The position numbers and the translations under genes were made by a program. From Oopsacas minuta (Eukaryota; Animalia; Porifera), in the NCBI GenBank assembly GCA_024704765.1, contig JAKMXF010000363.1:102706-166705 (forward strand): a stretch of 64,000 nt of DNA. The letters run 5' to 3'. Numbering within the stretch: the first letter of the stretch is position 1; the number at the start of each line of letters is the position of its first letter. A model generated the notes under the pieces. That model had not been told where the DNA came from. It did no database searches and saw nothing but the letters and a program-made list of their open reading frames with translations. Below, piece after piece: positions 50,560 through 62,420 of the stretch.

Positions 50560-52010
50560 GTACAAGTAATATTCTATTTAAAACAAAGATAGCATCTATA
50601 ACACAAACAAATCACACAACAGCTACACAACATTCAAACATCAGCCCTATCCACCTGCAATAAACAACAAAGTATTCTACAACAATACTCCAACAACACC
50701 TGCAACATTAATCTTAGAATAACAGCAATACAACAACAATACATTGTAATACAGGACAACTTCTACAACTTCATTTACAATGCAAAGAAATACATTACAA
50801 TACAGCATAATTTCCACAACAACATTTGCAAACTACAACACATAAGCAATACATTGCAACACAGCATAACTCCTACAACAACATTTGCAACATTAATCTC
50901 AAACTAACAGCAACACAACAACAATACATTGTAATACAGCAAATTTCCTACAACAACAGTTTACAACATAGCCTACAATTTTCCCTTCACAACATCCACA
51001 ATGCAAACGGTAAAGCAACACTTTGCAATACAGCATAATTTCTACAACAACATTTGCAATATACATCTTACTACAACAGCAATATAACACAGCATACAAG
51101 CAATATCCTACAACTTTCCTACTACAACATTTCACCTACAACATTTGCAATGTATCCTGCAACAGCACTACATTGCAATACAGTAATACATTGCAACACA
51201 GCGATACATTGCAATATAGCAATACATTGCAACTCAGCACTACTTCCAATGCTCACCAGAAGACACACAATGCACATACACGTGACACAATACAGACACA
51301 TATCAATAGGCAATTTATGGACACAATTACAGGCACATTCCTAAAGCTGAAATCTAATACCTACAGGACAGTTGAAAAGTGTACAAATACACGAAAGTTT
51401 AATGTTTTTCACTTCTGTTAATTTGCAATCTGAACTATTAAAAGTAACTTATTTACCTTGCCAAAATATCCCGTGATAATCCCGTGCTATCCCATCCCTG
51501 TCCCATTCGTTAATAAAGGAAGTAATACATTTAATAACAACATAGATCAACATACAGTACGAGTACAATACAAAACAGATGTAGAATGTAGAATGACAAT
51601 AACACTTATCCTTTGGATTGAGAATTTGTTCATCCTCTGTCCTTCACACCAACACCAGAATTACATCCAGAGTGAGTGAGTTACGCAAAACCATTCAACA
51701 TCAAGACCTACAAACAACAAGAATGATATCAAGTTTGACAACAAACTGTACACATAAATCACACAGCCTATTGCAAACACATAAAGCTAAGCTGCAACAA
51801 CAACATTTTGCAAACACAAAAGGCTAATACACTATTACATAGCTACATCTGTACAACATTACACACACAGACTACACCTCACCAGCTAATGCATAACATA
51901 TACACACACAAAGACTACACTACAGACACAATTATATGGCATAAGTGGACATACATTAAAGGCGTCAAATCAAAACATAAAACCACTACAACGACACAGC
52001 TGAAAAGAGT
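50560..52010. repeat. A/C-rich degenerate tandem low-complexity region
   Basis: Recurring tacattgcaatacagcataa...ctacaacaacatttgcaa; strong strand skew. Confidence 0.75.
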
Positions 52011-52089
52011 ATAAATACAGGCAAGTTCTGACATTTGGTACTTCTGTTCTTTTATTTCTGCAACATTAAAAGTTAATTATTACCTTGCT

Positions 52090-54240
52090 CAAAAACCTTC
52101 CTTAACTGTCTCCATTTGCTTGATTTAGTGACCAGGTATATCTATTGCTCTCTTCTTCATTTCCTTAGTTTAGTGACTTCTCCTTTGTATAGAACAACAA
52201 TAACTTGGTTACAGCTCAGTCTCTCTCTTGTTAGCCTCTGATAACAGAAACTCTAACTCTTTAACCGTGTACTTTTCCTGTTCTACCTGGTCCCTTGAAG
52301 TAGTAAGGTCTGTTTGCCTGGAATTAACTGCTAATTCAGTATCTGCTACTTCCTTTCTTAGCTTACTTATTGTTTCAGATAATTCTGTATTGATTGAAAC
52401 CATCTGTTCTAACTTAGTAATGGGCTCACTCAACTATAAATAGGAAATTAGGAGATCGAACTCAGTCAAAATGTATTAGAATAATCAGGATTATTATTAT
52501 TACTATTATTATTATTATTATTGACTTACTTGTTTGGTGTAATACTCTACGTCGTTTGTGAGTTTAGCATTTTCCAATAACACATCTTCTAACTTTTGTT
52601 TCTGGTTACATAGCTCTGATTCTTTGCTCAGAAATTCTTCTCCTTTCAACTCAATCTCTTTCCTACTGTCTCTAAGCTCAGCTTTCAAATTATTCGCTTC
52701 TTGCAGGTGATCATCTACAGAGTCAGCAGCTGTATTCGTTAACCATAAATTGAAATAAGTACACATTTCTCATTTAGTGAACAGATTTCAATTTACCTCC
52801 TGATTATCTTTGAGTACTTCCCTCTCTCTTCCAGCTGTTTTCAACTCCTCTATCTCCTTAGTATATCCTTCTACCTGTAAGACCAATTCCTGGGAATATA
52901 GTCTTGAAACCTCTTTATCCTTCCTAACAGATGATAGCTGTATACCTTGCTTAGTCCTGCTCTCTTTCTCATCAGTATACTCTATACGTAGAAGTGATAA
53001 AGACTTGCTCAGAGCCTCCATTTCATCTGATGTATTAGGTAGAACTTCTTGGAATTCTTTAACTTTATATTCCTTAAACTGATCTAGGTTCTCCCCACAT
53101 TCTTTCAGAGATTCCTCCAATTTATAAATCACAAATATTCATAATAACATCAACAAGTTATTTACCTATCTAGTTATATGCGAGAGGTTATTCGAGGGGA
53201 AATACCTCTGAGATGTCACTCTCATCTTCATCACAAACACCTATTTGTATTGCTTCAAAGTCATCAGGTTTGTCAACGAGTGAGTGGATAGAGTCTAATG
53301 CTTCAGACACCTGATAAGCTCGAGAGACACTTCGCTCATCAACATTCTCACTTGATCCGGACAGGTTACTGTTCAGGTAGTAGTGTCTGAGGTGAACATT
53401 CTGGCTGGGAGAGTACACGCTCTCTTGTCTCCTCGCCACCTGCAATCTCTCTGACACTTGTGTACAAGCTATGAAAGAAAAAGGGGCGGGGGAGGTTGTG
53501 GAATAGCAGAGAAGGCTTCAGCATCGATCAGATCACAATTTTCATCATCATTAATCACACGCTTCAGACAACTCAGACCACATTCTCTCACATAATCACT
53601 ATTGAGTAATTGAGCTACACGAATAAGCTCCAGCATGTAGTAGGCACGTGTTTCATTCTGTCTTACCAGAGAGGCTACCTCTGAGTATATCCGTTCCCTC
53701 ACTTGATCCAATACAGGAGACTCAACACCTGGGGAAACCCTCTTCTGTGAATTGTGACGAGTAACATGACCAGATTTCCTTCTGGGGGAAGCAGGAACAG
53801 CATTCACTTGTTGTTGGGGTTGTTTTCTGTAACAGTGCATAGGAGTGACCTCCCGTCTAGAAAGATTATCACGAGCTAAGGGCACACAGTGTTGAGATGA
53901 TATCATATTATCTGAGAAAGTTAGATCAGTTTGAGTACAGCTAGTAGTTACAGGCACACGAGGCTCATGTATCCACTGGTTAACCGGGTGTAAAGCAGGA
54001 TCAGGACCAGGACCAGGACCAGGACCAGGAGTAGGTAAGCTCTGGTACATATTAGCATCAGCTGAAGAGGGATAGAAGCCAGGAGTAGGTGTAGGGTAGC
54101 TGAGAAGGACAGGAGGAGCTGTCTGGTAGTAAGGAGTGACTGGAAGGGAATAAGGAGCACTAGGGAAAGTAGCACCGTGAGGAGTAGTGGCTACAGGGAT
54201 GTGAGGCTGTTGTATAGACAGAAATTGTGTCATCTGTTCG
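52090..54240 (-). CDS. PCM1-like: PCM1-like centriolar satellite protein followed by coiled-coil exons (boundaries uncertain; last exon frameshifted)
   Basis: ERIYSEVASLVRQNETRAYYMLELIRVAQLLNSDYVRECGLSCLKRVI matches the PCM1 motif ETIYSEVATLISQNESRPHFLIELFHELQLLNTDYLRQRAL. Confidence 0.7.
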
Positions 54241-54809
54241 GCTAAAATACAGAGGGGTCAAATGTGCGAAAATATACACATTAGAAAACTTGTAAATGTG
54301 CACAACAAGAGGTCACTACAAGTACACATGCCAAATTTGGTGTCTTAACTTAGAAAGGTGTGAACAATAGAGCGCAAACATATACGTATATATTATATAT
54401 ACTCAACCATTTTACAACTGAGCCACTATACTATGCAATAGTATTAATCGGAATAGCAAAAATAGAATATACAATCACATACTCAGAGTGCATTACTTAG
54501 ATTTACAGCAGCTTGGTATTTGTTTCGCTTAGCAAACAAAAGTAACATTGCAATGCCATATAAGTAAAAATTGATCATTCGAGTTTCTTACTGAGTACTT
54601 GAATAGATACGAGTCTTGAATAGAGATATCTATTTGCTACAACGGAATTATCATCAATAGTTTCCACGATACACTGGTACTCTCATGTGTCTAACTCCTG
54701 GGTGTCTCTGAAGAGTAAAGTTCCTTGGTGGGGAGATACGTAACTCACTCTGTTGCTAGTCTGATGAGGAATATACGTATATATATATATATATATATAT
54801 TTTTAGCGG

Positions 54810-55505
54810 GGATAAGGCATTATATTTAGCTGCAAAAGGATTCCATCTACTAGCCACTTAAACGATAGAGAGAGTTCCTCATCTACACTAGCCTGATATA
54901 CCAGATAGTCATCTTGGGCTAGTGCAAAAGAGCCAGAGGAAGGCTCATGTATGAATCTAGTATCATCTAAATGAATAAGAATTAGTCTTGATTGATAATT
55001 TGGTAAACAAATAATCGATATGTTTACAAATATACATAACTATACAAATAATAATTACTTAGTATGGTGATGTAAGTACTTCTGGTGTATTAAACCGAAA
55101 GAGTTGGAAACGATACAAGTGTAATTTCCGCTATCTTCTTTAAAGAGAGAATTCTTCACAAGAATACCAGGTGCAGGAGAGTAGACAAATATCTCAATAA
55201 ACGAAAATTAATTTCTTATAAAACCTATCACTGATAAGATATTTCATATTTGTAATCTCGTTGTCAGACCTACCCAAACTAAGCAATAAAATACAGCTAA
55301 ACAATGAAACATCAATTTACCCTTGAGTAATAGCATCATTAAGAGGAATAAAGTCTCTGTTCCAAGAGTATTGGGGGGGGGGCGGAACTGAGTCACCTGA
55401 GCAATTGAGTGAAAGAGGAGGATAAGTGAATATAATTACAGATGGCAAGTGTTCACAACCCAGAAATCTGGGAGAATAACCTAAATGTAGTTGTGACGCA
55501 ATCAT
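54810..55505 (-). CDS. Ig-superfamily (I-set-like) gene fragment, about 3 exons
   Basis: LSLNCSGDSVPPPPQYSWNRD (55317-55505) and EDSGNYTCIVSNSFG (~55085-55170); downstream LSFKWLVDG. Confidence 0.65.
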
Positions 55506-55654
55506 AGTACGTATACGAAAGTTTACTTGAGATATACACTTTTATCACTATCAACTTATAACTTTCCGCAAGTTCTAATCACCGAATTTACCATTACAAA
55601 AGTATTTTCATACTAATATTCACAAAATTGATACAATTAAGTAAAGATTGCATA

Positions 55655-55891
55655 TCGTATTACCTCGAATAATCCGCGGGGCAATTATTAATTTCAAGCA
55701 CCCTTCAGAGGGAAATTTAGATTTTTGTAAGCACGATTATTCCGACATAATCATACCTATGTTTATGCAATATGTATATATATATCCTTACAAACTGTAG
55801 ATTGACCAAAATAAAGTGGAGTAATGGTTCACTGTATGTAGTTATATATTTTTAGGACCCTCAGGGGGGGCGAATATTCGAGGTAATACGG
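55655..55891. mobile_element. pogo/Tigger-like MITE
   Basis: TIRs tcgtattacctcgaata / tattcgaggtaatacgg. Confidence 0.7.
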
Positions 55892-56273
55892 GAATTTCAT
55901 ATCTACAGGGAAACTTTGGGGGAAGATCGAATTACTGTCGTAATATACAACAATTTCAAGCAGAAAATGTCCAGCCGGCAGACTGGTAGTGCAGCTCAGG
56001 GTCATGTACTTTTGTTCTTTCAAGGGGAGCAAGTCTCCCCCACCCCCAAGAAAATGCCGCAATCACTGGACCCGACTGATTATAGGATCCTGGATCAGAT
56101 AAATATCTTTCAAATATTATAAATATAGATTTGAAAATATCAAAATTATAATTCCCTTACTCGATTACTCCTTACTAGAAGTTGAAATAAATTCTCTGCC
56201 ATGATTTTGAATATTAAGAATTAATATATGTGAAAACATTATATTTTAATGAATCATTGTTCATTTTACAACA

Positions 56274-57176
56274 TCAGTCTAGTACCACATAAGATTTACT
56301 AGGGAAAATTTGTCCTACACTAGAAGAACGTGTACTGAGTTGAAAACTTTCGAAATCATCATCATCACAATGAGTAGAGATCGCTTCTAACTGCACAGCT
56401 TTCTGCCTAGTCAAAAGTTCAAGAGGGAGTGAAATGTTGTTAAGCTGACCCAAAGTTCGCAAATCGAAATAATATTTAGCGTATAGACTTAAAGGGACAT
56501 TAACATCCAATTGTAATAAGTCAAAAAAATCTCTTTCCATTTTATTGACATCATCAACTTGTAATTCTTTGAAAAGCTGACAATAATCCGCATTCCACAC
56601 GGCTTTATCATTCCATACTTTCGAAGCTAACAAGATAGATCCAAACAATATTCGTTTCCAAGTAAAAACTGAAATATGAATCCCTGCGTATATAAGAAGG
56701 CGCTCCAAATAGATAAGAGAAATAATTGCACATTCTGGTGTCAACTCTGCTGGATAAAAAAGCTGTTTCATGAATCTATAAATGGTCTTGGTTTCTGGAA
56801 TAAGGCAGCTATCGAAACAAATTGCATTGTGACTTGAAATTGGGTGTAAACGCTCATCAAAAACATCCAAGTTACGAGGTTGTTGGTTTTTAGAATCGAA
56901 TATGAGTAAATTATGCACTGCTAACGCTACTGATTTTAGGGTATGCTTCATATTTGGTTGTGCAACTGTATTTGAATCGATAAAAACACTACTGGTGGAG
57001 GAGGACCTCCGAATTCCATTATGATTCCCAATTATGGGTAAGTGGTTGTTGTTGTTAAAATAGAAGGACCCGAGGAACAAACTACCAATGAGCTCTTCGG
57101 GTTCACTAATATCTGTTAGCGAAGGGTATATCGGAATGAAATATTCTGTATCGGTCTCAGAGTTCTGTTCAGGTGT
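56274..57176 (-). CDS. CCNY: Cyclin Y domain, single 903-nt terminal exon behind a splice acceptor
   Basis: RRSSS...STV.QPN....K.VALA, FDE.LHP, IYRF...LF..A.LT.ECAII.L.YLERLL, WKRI..G.ILLASKVW.D.AVWN.DYC, YAKYYFDLR. Confidence 0.95.
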   Translation of the reverse strand, partial: TPEQNSETDTEYFIPIYPSLTDISEPEELIGSLFLGSFYFNNNNHLPIIGNHNGIRRSSSTSSVFIDSNTVAQPNMKHTLKSVALAVHNLLIFDSKNQQPRNLDVFDERLHPISSHNAICFDSCLIPETKTIYRFMKQLFYPAELTPECAIISLIYLERLLIYAGIHISVFTWKRILFGSILLASKVWNDKAVWNADYCQLFKELQVDDVNKMERDFFDLLQLDVNVPLSLYAKYYFDLRTLGQLNNISLPLELLTRQKAVQLEAISTHCDDDDFESFQLSTRSSSVGQIFPSKSYVVLD

Positions 57177-57491
57177 CTATAGGCAAAATTAAATAAATCG
57201 ACCCTTGCTAGCGTAGCAACTAGATGTGACATAGGAATTTGAAAATAGCTACATACGTAGTTAATACAACAATTAACTTGAGTGAATGACTTATTAATTA
57301 ATCACACATTCAATGATTAGATACAGCAACCCTTAAGAATAATAATTCAATATTAATTAGTTCCGAAGTAATTTCTGGTATTAAATGTAATGCGAGAAAT
57401 ATGGAAATTTAAAGAAAACAAATTACTACAAAACAATAACGTCAATTATAGAAATGAGTATTATATAACTCACATTGCGGATAGAACATAC

Positions 57492-60400
57492 CAGTAAAGA
57501 TTCATGTTTTGTTCGAGATTTTTTACATGCCTATCAACTTCTGCTGGCCTAGATCGTTTGCGTGAAGAACTATCACCAATTTTAACAACTGTAGGGCGTT
57601 GAGAATCAGACACACTGTAATCCTATTTAAGATTAAAAATAGAAACATAATTCGTAGGGATGTATTAAATTGTCACCTCCAAATTGGGACGATTTAAGGG
57701 TGAATTATTGGAATTATCAACATTTGAATACAGTGGATTCCGGTTATAAGAACATGTATGCTACTCACAAGGGTGTTCTTATAACCAGCATCCATTAGGA
57801 ACAATCATACTACTTACTAAATTGTATGTTTGTAAGCGAACTGAATAAATACAATTACTACGGAGATTCATATACATTTTCAGTGAAGATAACTTAATCT
57901 CTCAAGTAATATAATTCTATAAATACTTACCCATTGTCCTGACTCTAATTGGAAATTTGGAGGAGCGAGTTGTGTTATGGGTCCTCTAGATGCCGACTAG
58001 TAGATAGATAGAGAGATAGATAGATAGGCTAGACCAGACTAGACTAGATTAGACTTACCGTCGCAGATTCAAATAATTGTCCCGGTTCTTGGGTGGGGAA
58101 AGAAGAATTAGGAGAACATTCATCAGTATTGTCTAATAGCTAAACGAAAAAACAAAAACACATAATATCAAATAAATATTAAACACATTACGTGGACCCC
58201 TCCCATAACTGCAATACAAATTTTGAGACTCTATGGACCCGGTACTGTCGTCCGTAACCGTTCTATTATTGTATAAAGATATTACCTGTTCAGTCTGTGA
58301 TGCTTCGATAGATAGATAATCGTCAAGAGTAAGCCCAGGTATGACGTCAGGTTTTTGAGGGCCAGCAACAACGAGATCTGGAATGTGTTGAATATTCGAA
58401 GGAGAATCCTTTATTATTGAACTATGTGTAAGTGATGGTAATGAATTCTTAGTCATCAGATCAGTTGTATTGCTAGAACCAACTGAAACTGAATCTAAAG
58501 ATGGTGTTAGAATATATCTAGGACCATCTTGATATCTATCTCTCACTTCGTCGCTAACAATTGGTATACATATACTTTTATCTGAGTCTTGGTCATTCAT
58601 AGAATCGGAAGGAAGTTTACGTCGAACAGAGGTCTTCTCAGTTTCATGATTTGGGTAGGATTTTTGGCTGCTAGAGATCTCTACCTCGGAAGGCATACTG
58701 CTCTTATCGCTCACTATAGAATATGGAAATGTAGGTATACATGTAAATCAGGAGAAGTAGAGAGAAGATTATAGCAATACATTAGCAAATTGATGGGAGG
58801 TAGATATAAGAATGTCTTGCCTACTATGGCGAAACCTCCACAAACGACCCAAAATACTACCCAGTTCCCCATTCTTGCTAAATTCCACAGTTCATTTGTA
58901 TGGGACGAGGTACCATGAATTCGCTCTATATATTTTCTCTCCGTTTCTACGTTTGTGGAGGTATCACTGCCATAGGAGGGAAAATTCGCTTTTCGGCAGG
59001 TTTTTGTAAGACAACAATCAACATAAACACGAAAAGGTGAGACAATTGACATAGTTACACCAAATTTTATCATGGCTGTGCGAAGGAAAATGAAGATTAA
59101 GAACTATGCAGTATAAATACGTATAGAATGTAATTGAGTTCTATTAATAGTAACACTATGGCAACTATTGAGCACAAATATATCCATAGTTATGTGCGAA
59201 TAAATAATGACGTCTGATTACCTTATAAGGAAACAGGATAGACGCAATGGTATTTACATTCTTGTAATTTGGAATTTTACAAATTAGTGCGGTATTATGA
59301 ATTATATTTTAAAGTCGAGCACTATTCTCTACAGAACTTACAATTCGATCCTTCGTTACTTTCTCCATTCTGCATTTCCTGGGGACCTAGATTATTAATG
59401 TCCTCAGTATCCTGACGGACTTGACGTAAACTGTCTTCCAAATTCAAGGAGTTTCGAGATTTTTTTACATCCACATCAACTATATCGTCTTCAACTTCTG
59501 CTGGCCTACATCGTTTGTGTGAAGAATTCGAGTTCATACTAGTTTGGAGTTCAATGGAACTCGTAACAATGATTTCAGTGTTTCTCAAGCCTTCCAGAGT
59601 GTGTTTTTCAGTAAATTTGAAATTATCACCAATTTTAACAACTGTAGGGCGTTGAGGAGGATACATAGTATGATCCTATTTAAGATTAAAAATAGAAACA
59701 TAATTCGTAGGGATGTATTAAATTGTCACCTCCAAATTGGGACGATTTAAGGGTGAATTATTGGAATTATCAACATTTGAATACAGTGGATTCCGGTTAT
59801 AAGAACATGTATGCTACTCACAAGGGTGTTCTTATAACCAGCATCCATTAGGAACAATCATACTACTTACTAGTAATGGCGAGTTGGTAGTTATCTTCTC
59901 TTGCGATTGTGAGTAGGGAGAGACACAGTGAAGTGAATCATTTGATGCAAATGGCTGGGGCTTAGGAAATGGTGAAGTATTTGTGCGAGGAATGTGAATG
60001 AATGGGTAGAGATTATTCTTTATTATTTCTCCTGTAGTATTTCGGCTGAGAAATCCCTAAATTGTATGTTTGTAAGCGAACTGAATAAATACAATTACTA
60101 CGGAGATTCATATACATTTTCAGTGAAGATAACTTAATCTCTCAAGTAATATAATTCTATAAATACTTACACATTGTCCTGACTCTAATTGGAAATTTGG
60201 AGGAGCGAGTTGTGTTATGGGTCCTCTAGATGCCGACTAGTAGATAGATAGAGAGATAGATAGATAGGCTAGACCAGACTAGACTAGATTAGACTTACCG
60301 TTGCAGATTCAAATAATTGTCCCGATTCTTGGGTGGGGAAAGAAGAATTAGGAGAACATTCATCAGTATTGTCTAATAGCTAAACGAAAAAACAAAAACA

Positions 60401-61190
60401 CATAATATCAAATAAATATTAAACACATTACGTGGACCCCTCCCATAACTGCAATACAAATTTTGAGACTCTATGGACCCGGTACTGTCGTCCGTAACCG
60501 TTCTATTATTGTATAAAGATATTACCTCTTCAGTCTGTGATGCTCCTCTTGTATATTTTTTTGATGGTGATGTGATCTTGGAGGTACCTGGATTAGGAAC
60601 ATCAAGGTGTAACATGTCAACTGTCTCTCCTGACTCAAGTTGGTTACTCTCTTGTGATCCTAAAACACAATTAAACCAATATTCCAAAAAATCTAAGTAA
60701 TAGTATGGAATTACCTGCGCGAGATCCAGGATTGGGTTGAGCTCCTCTAAGTAAAAGATAAAACAGATGTTAAACACAGGACAAAGATTGTTAATATTTG
60801 AAAATTGATAAATGGTAAAGGGAATAATATGAAATAAAAAATATCCGACAACTAACCTCTCTGCATCTCCCTGTGCCTGTGGAAAATACAAATATTCAAT
60901 CATTGCAAATAAAATACGATAAAATTCACAGTAATATCTTAATTAATATGAACTTATACAATAGATTATGCGACGGTCATATTACTACAACGTGGCATAC
61001 GTTATGTATAACAACGTGGCTTACAAGTTGAAGAATTCGTATAATTGGAGGTAATGAAAATGAGTAAAATTATGATTCTATCTGTTGTAAGGAAAATTGG
61101 CCGTGTTGAGGCAAATGTCTGCCTACATTTTCCATATGCGATCTGAAACACGAATTGATAAACCATATTCTGTTAGGAGTTACTCACCAT
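57492..61190 (-). CDS. Predicted upstream Ser/Pro-rich multi-exon N-terminal extension of the cyclin Y gene
   Basis: About 12 small GT-AG exons chain in frame from an ATG|GTGAGT at 61190 (MAQGDAERGAQPNPGS...) to the cyclin exon; this needs one +1 A fix at 57519-57524. Confidence 0.55.
57572..60544. repeat. Intragenic duplication: 57572-58304 is nearly identical to 59624-60544 (second copy has a 187-bp extra segment)
   Basis: Near-identical introns, exons, MITE and GATA microsatellite in both copies. Confidence 0.95.
57733..57800. mobile_element. ~70-bp pogo-like micro-MITE (also at ~59785-59852; relatives at ~40255 and ~48557)
   Basis: cagtggattccggttataagaac ... gttcttataaccagcatcca. Confidence 0.6.
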
Positions 61191-62293
61191 TTTATCAGGA
61201 ATAATTTTCCTACTAGTAAGAAAAGTTATACACTTTCTAGCCAGTTTCAAGCAAATTCGAAATAGCACCGTACACGTCCAACGCATAACTTGAAACCCAT
61301 AATAGATAAGCACCGACATTTTGAAAACACGATTAAAAGATAAACAAATAACAATTCTATTAAAAGATTATAACTAACATTAGCTTATACTATTAGTGTA
61401 TTAGTAATTGTATTTGTGTTTGACAGATAATAATACAATAACTACACGCAAGTTCATTAGTAAAGGAAATAGGTTAATAGAAGTGTTACTATATTGAAAA
61501 TATATCCAATATTGTATATTTGTTCATTCCTGAAGAAATACTATTAACTTCAAATCCGCAGAAAATAATTTGAATTACTTATTAGTATTTGTTGGGTTTG
61601 TTACTATATGTCTGATAATAATCTCATTAGTATGCTCTACTAGTGTAATAATTCGATCGTAATTAACCATTTTTGGAACGGTGCTAAGAATTATTGATAA
61701 TCCCAAATCGGTTACAATTGCTTTCAAAGCGTATTTCCCAAAAATATGTCAAAAAGTATTTGGGGAATTATAAATCAGTTAGCATGAGTATCCCTCCTGA
61801 ATGCTTAGCACATATATTTGCTATACAAACTAAGTTCGTTTGTCTCATCATTATGGGTCAAATCATTCCATTGAATTTTGATGTATTCAAGCAAATGCTC
61901 AGCTCAGTGTTGTTGTAAATACAATTATAATAGCCACAAGGTTTACCTTAATACTTCCTAATGATATAGGGAAGTATAATGTGATTCTAGGGATATAAGT
62001 ATATAATTATTCTAAAAAATAGATGTCAATTCGGGTCTTAGGGAGGAGTGAGGGGCGCTTTGGCACCTAACTTGGTACCAAGCCAGAGGAAACTCAAAAC
62101 TTCATTGGCTTTATATGTATATAACATTCCAATTTTGATGTCCGAAATTGTATATCGCTGTTACTGACATTCATTTGTCCTCCCTTAGGGTGTTATGTGT
62201 TAATAGGTAATAATTGTCACCGATAAAGTGATGATAATAATGTCCAAAAGTTATTTACAGGCATAAGCGGCAATATTCTCAGAAATGTCTCAC

Positions 62294-62420
62294 CTTTGGA
62301 ACTGGGTCTCCATTTTGTCTCCCTTTCTTACAACACCAAAGTATTGCCGCGATGATACATAGAGCAACTATAATCGTTCCGGTGGGTATTAACTTGTAGT
62401 AGTAGAGATGTGGATTTTCT
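62294..62420 (-). CDS. Exon encoding a type-I transmembrane segment; further small exons to ~62745
   Basis: IPTGTIIVALCIIAAILWCCKKGRQNGDPVPK followed by a GTGAGA donor. Confidence 0.65.

Noticed and set aside
50826-52014. Several 63-132-aa ORFs
   Set aside because: They arise from stop-poor A/C-rich low-complexity sequence; no domain signal.
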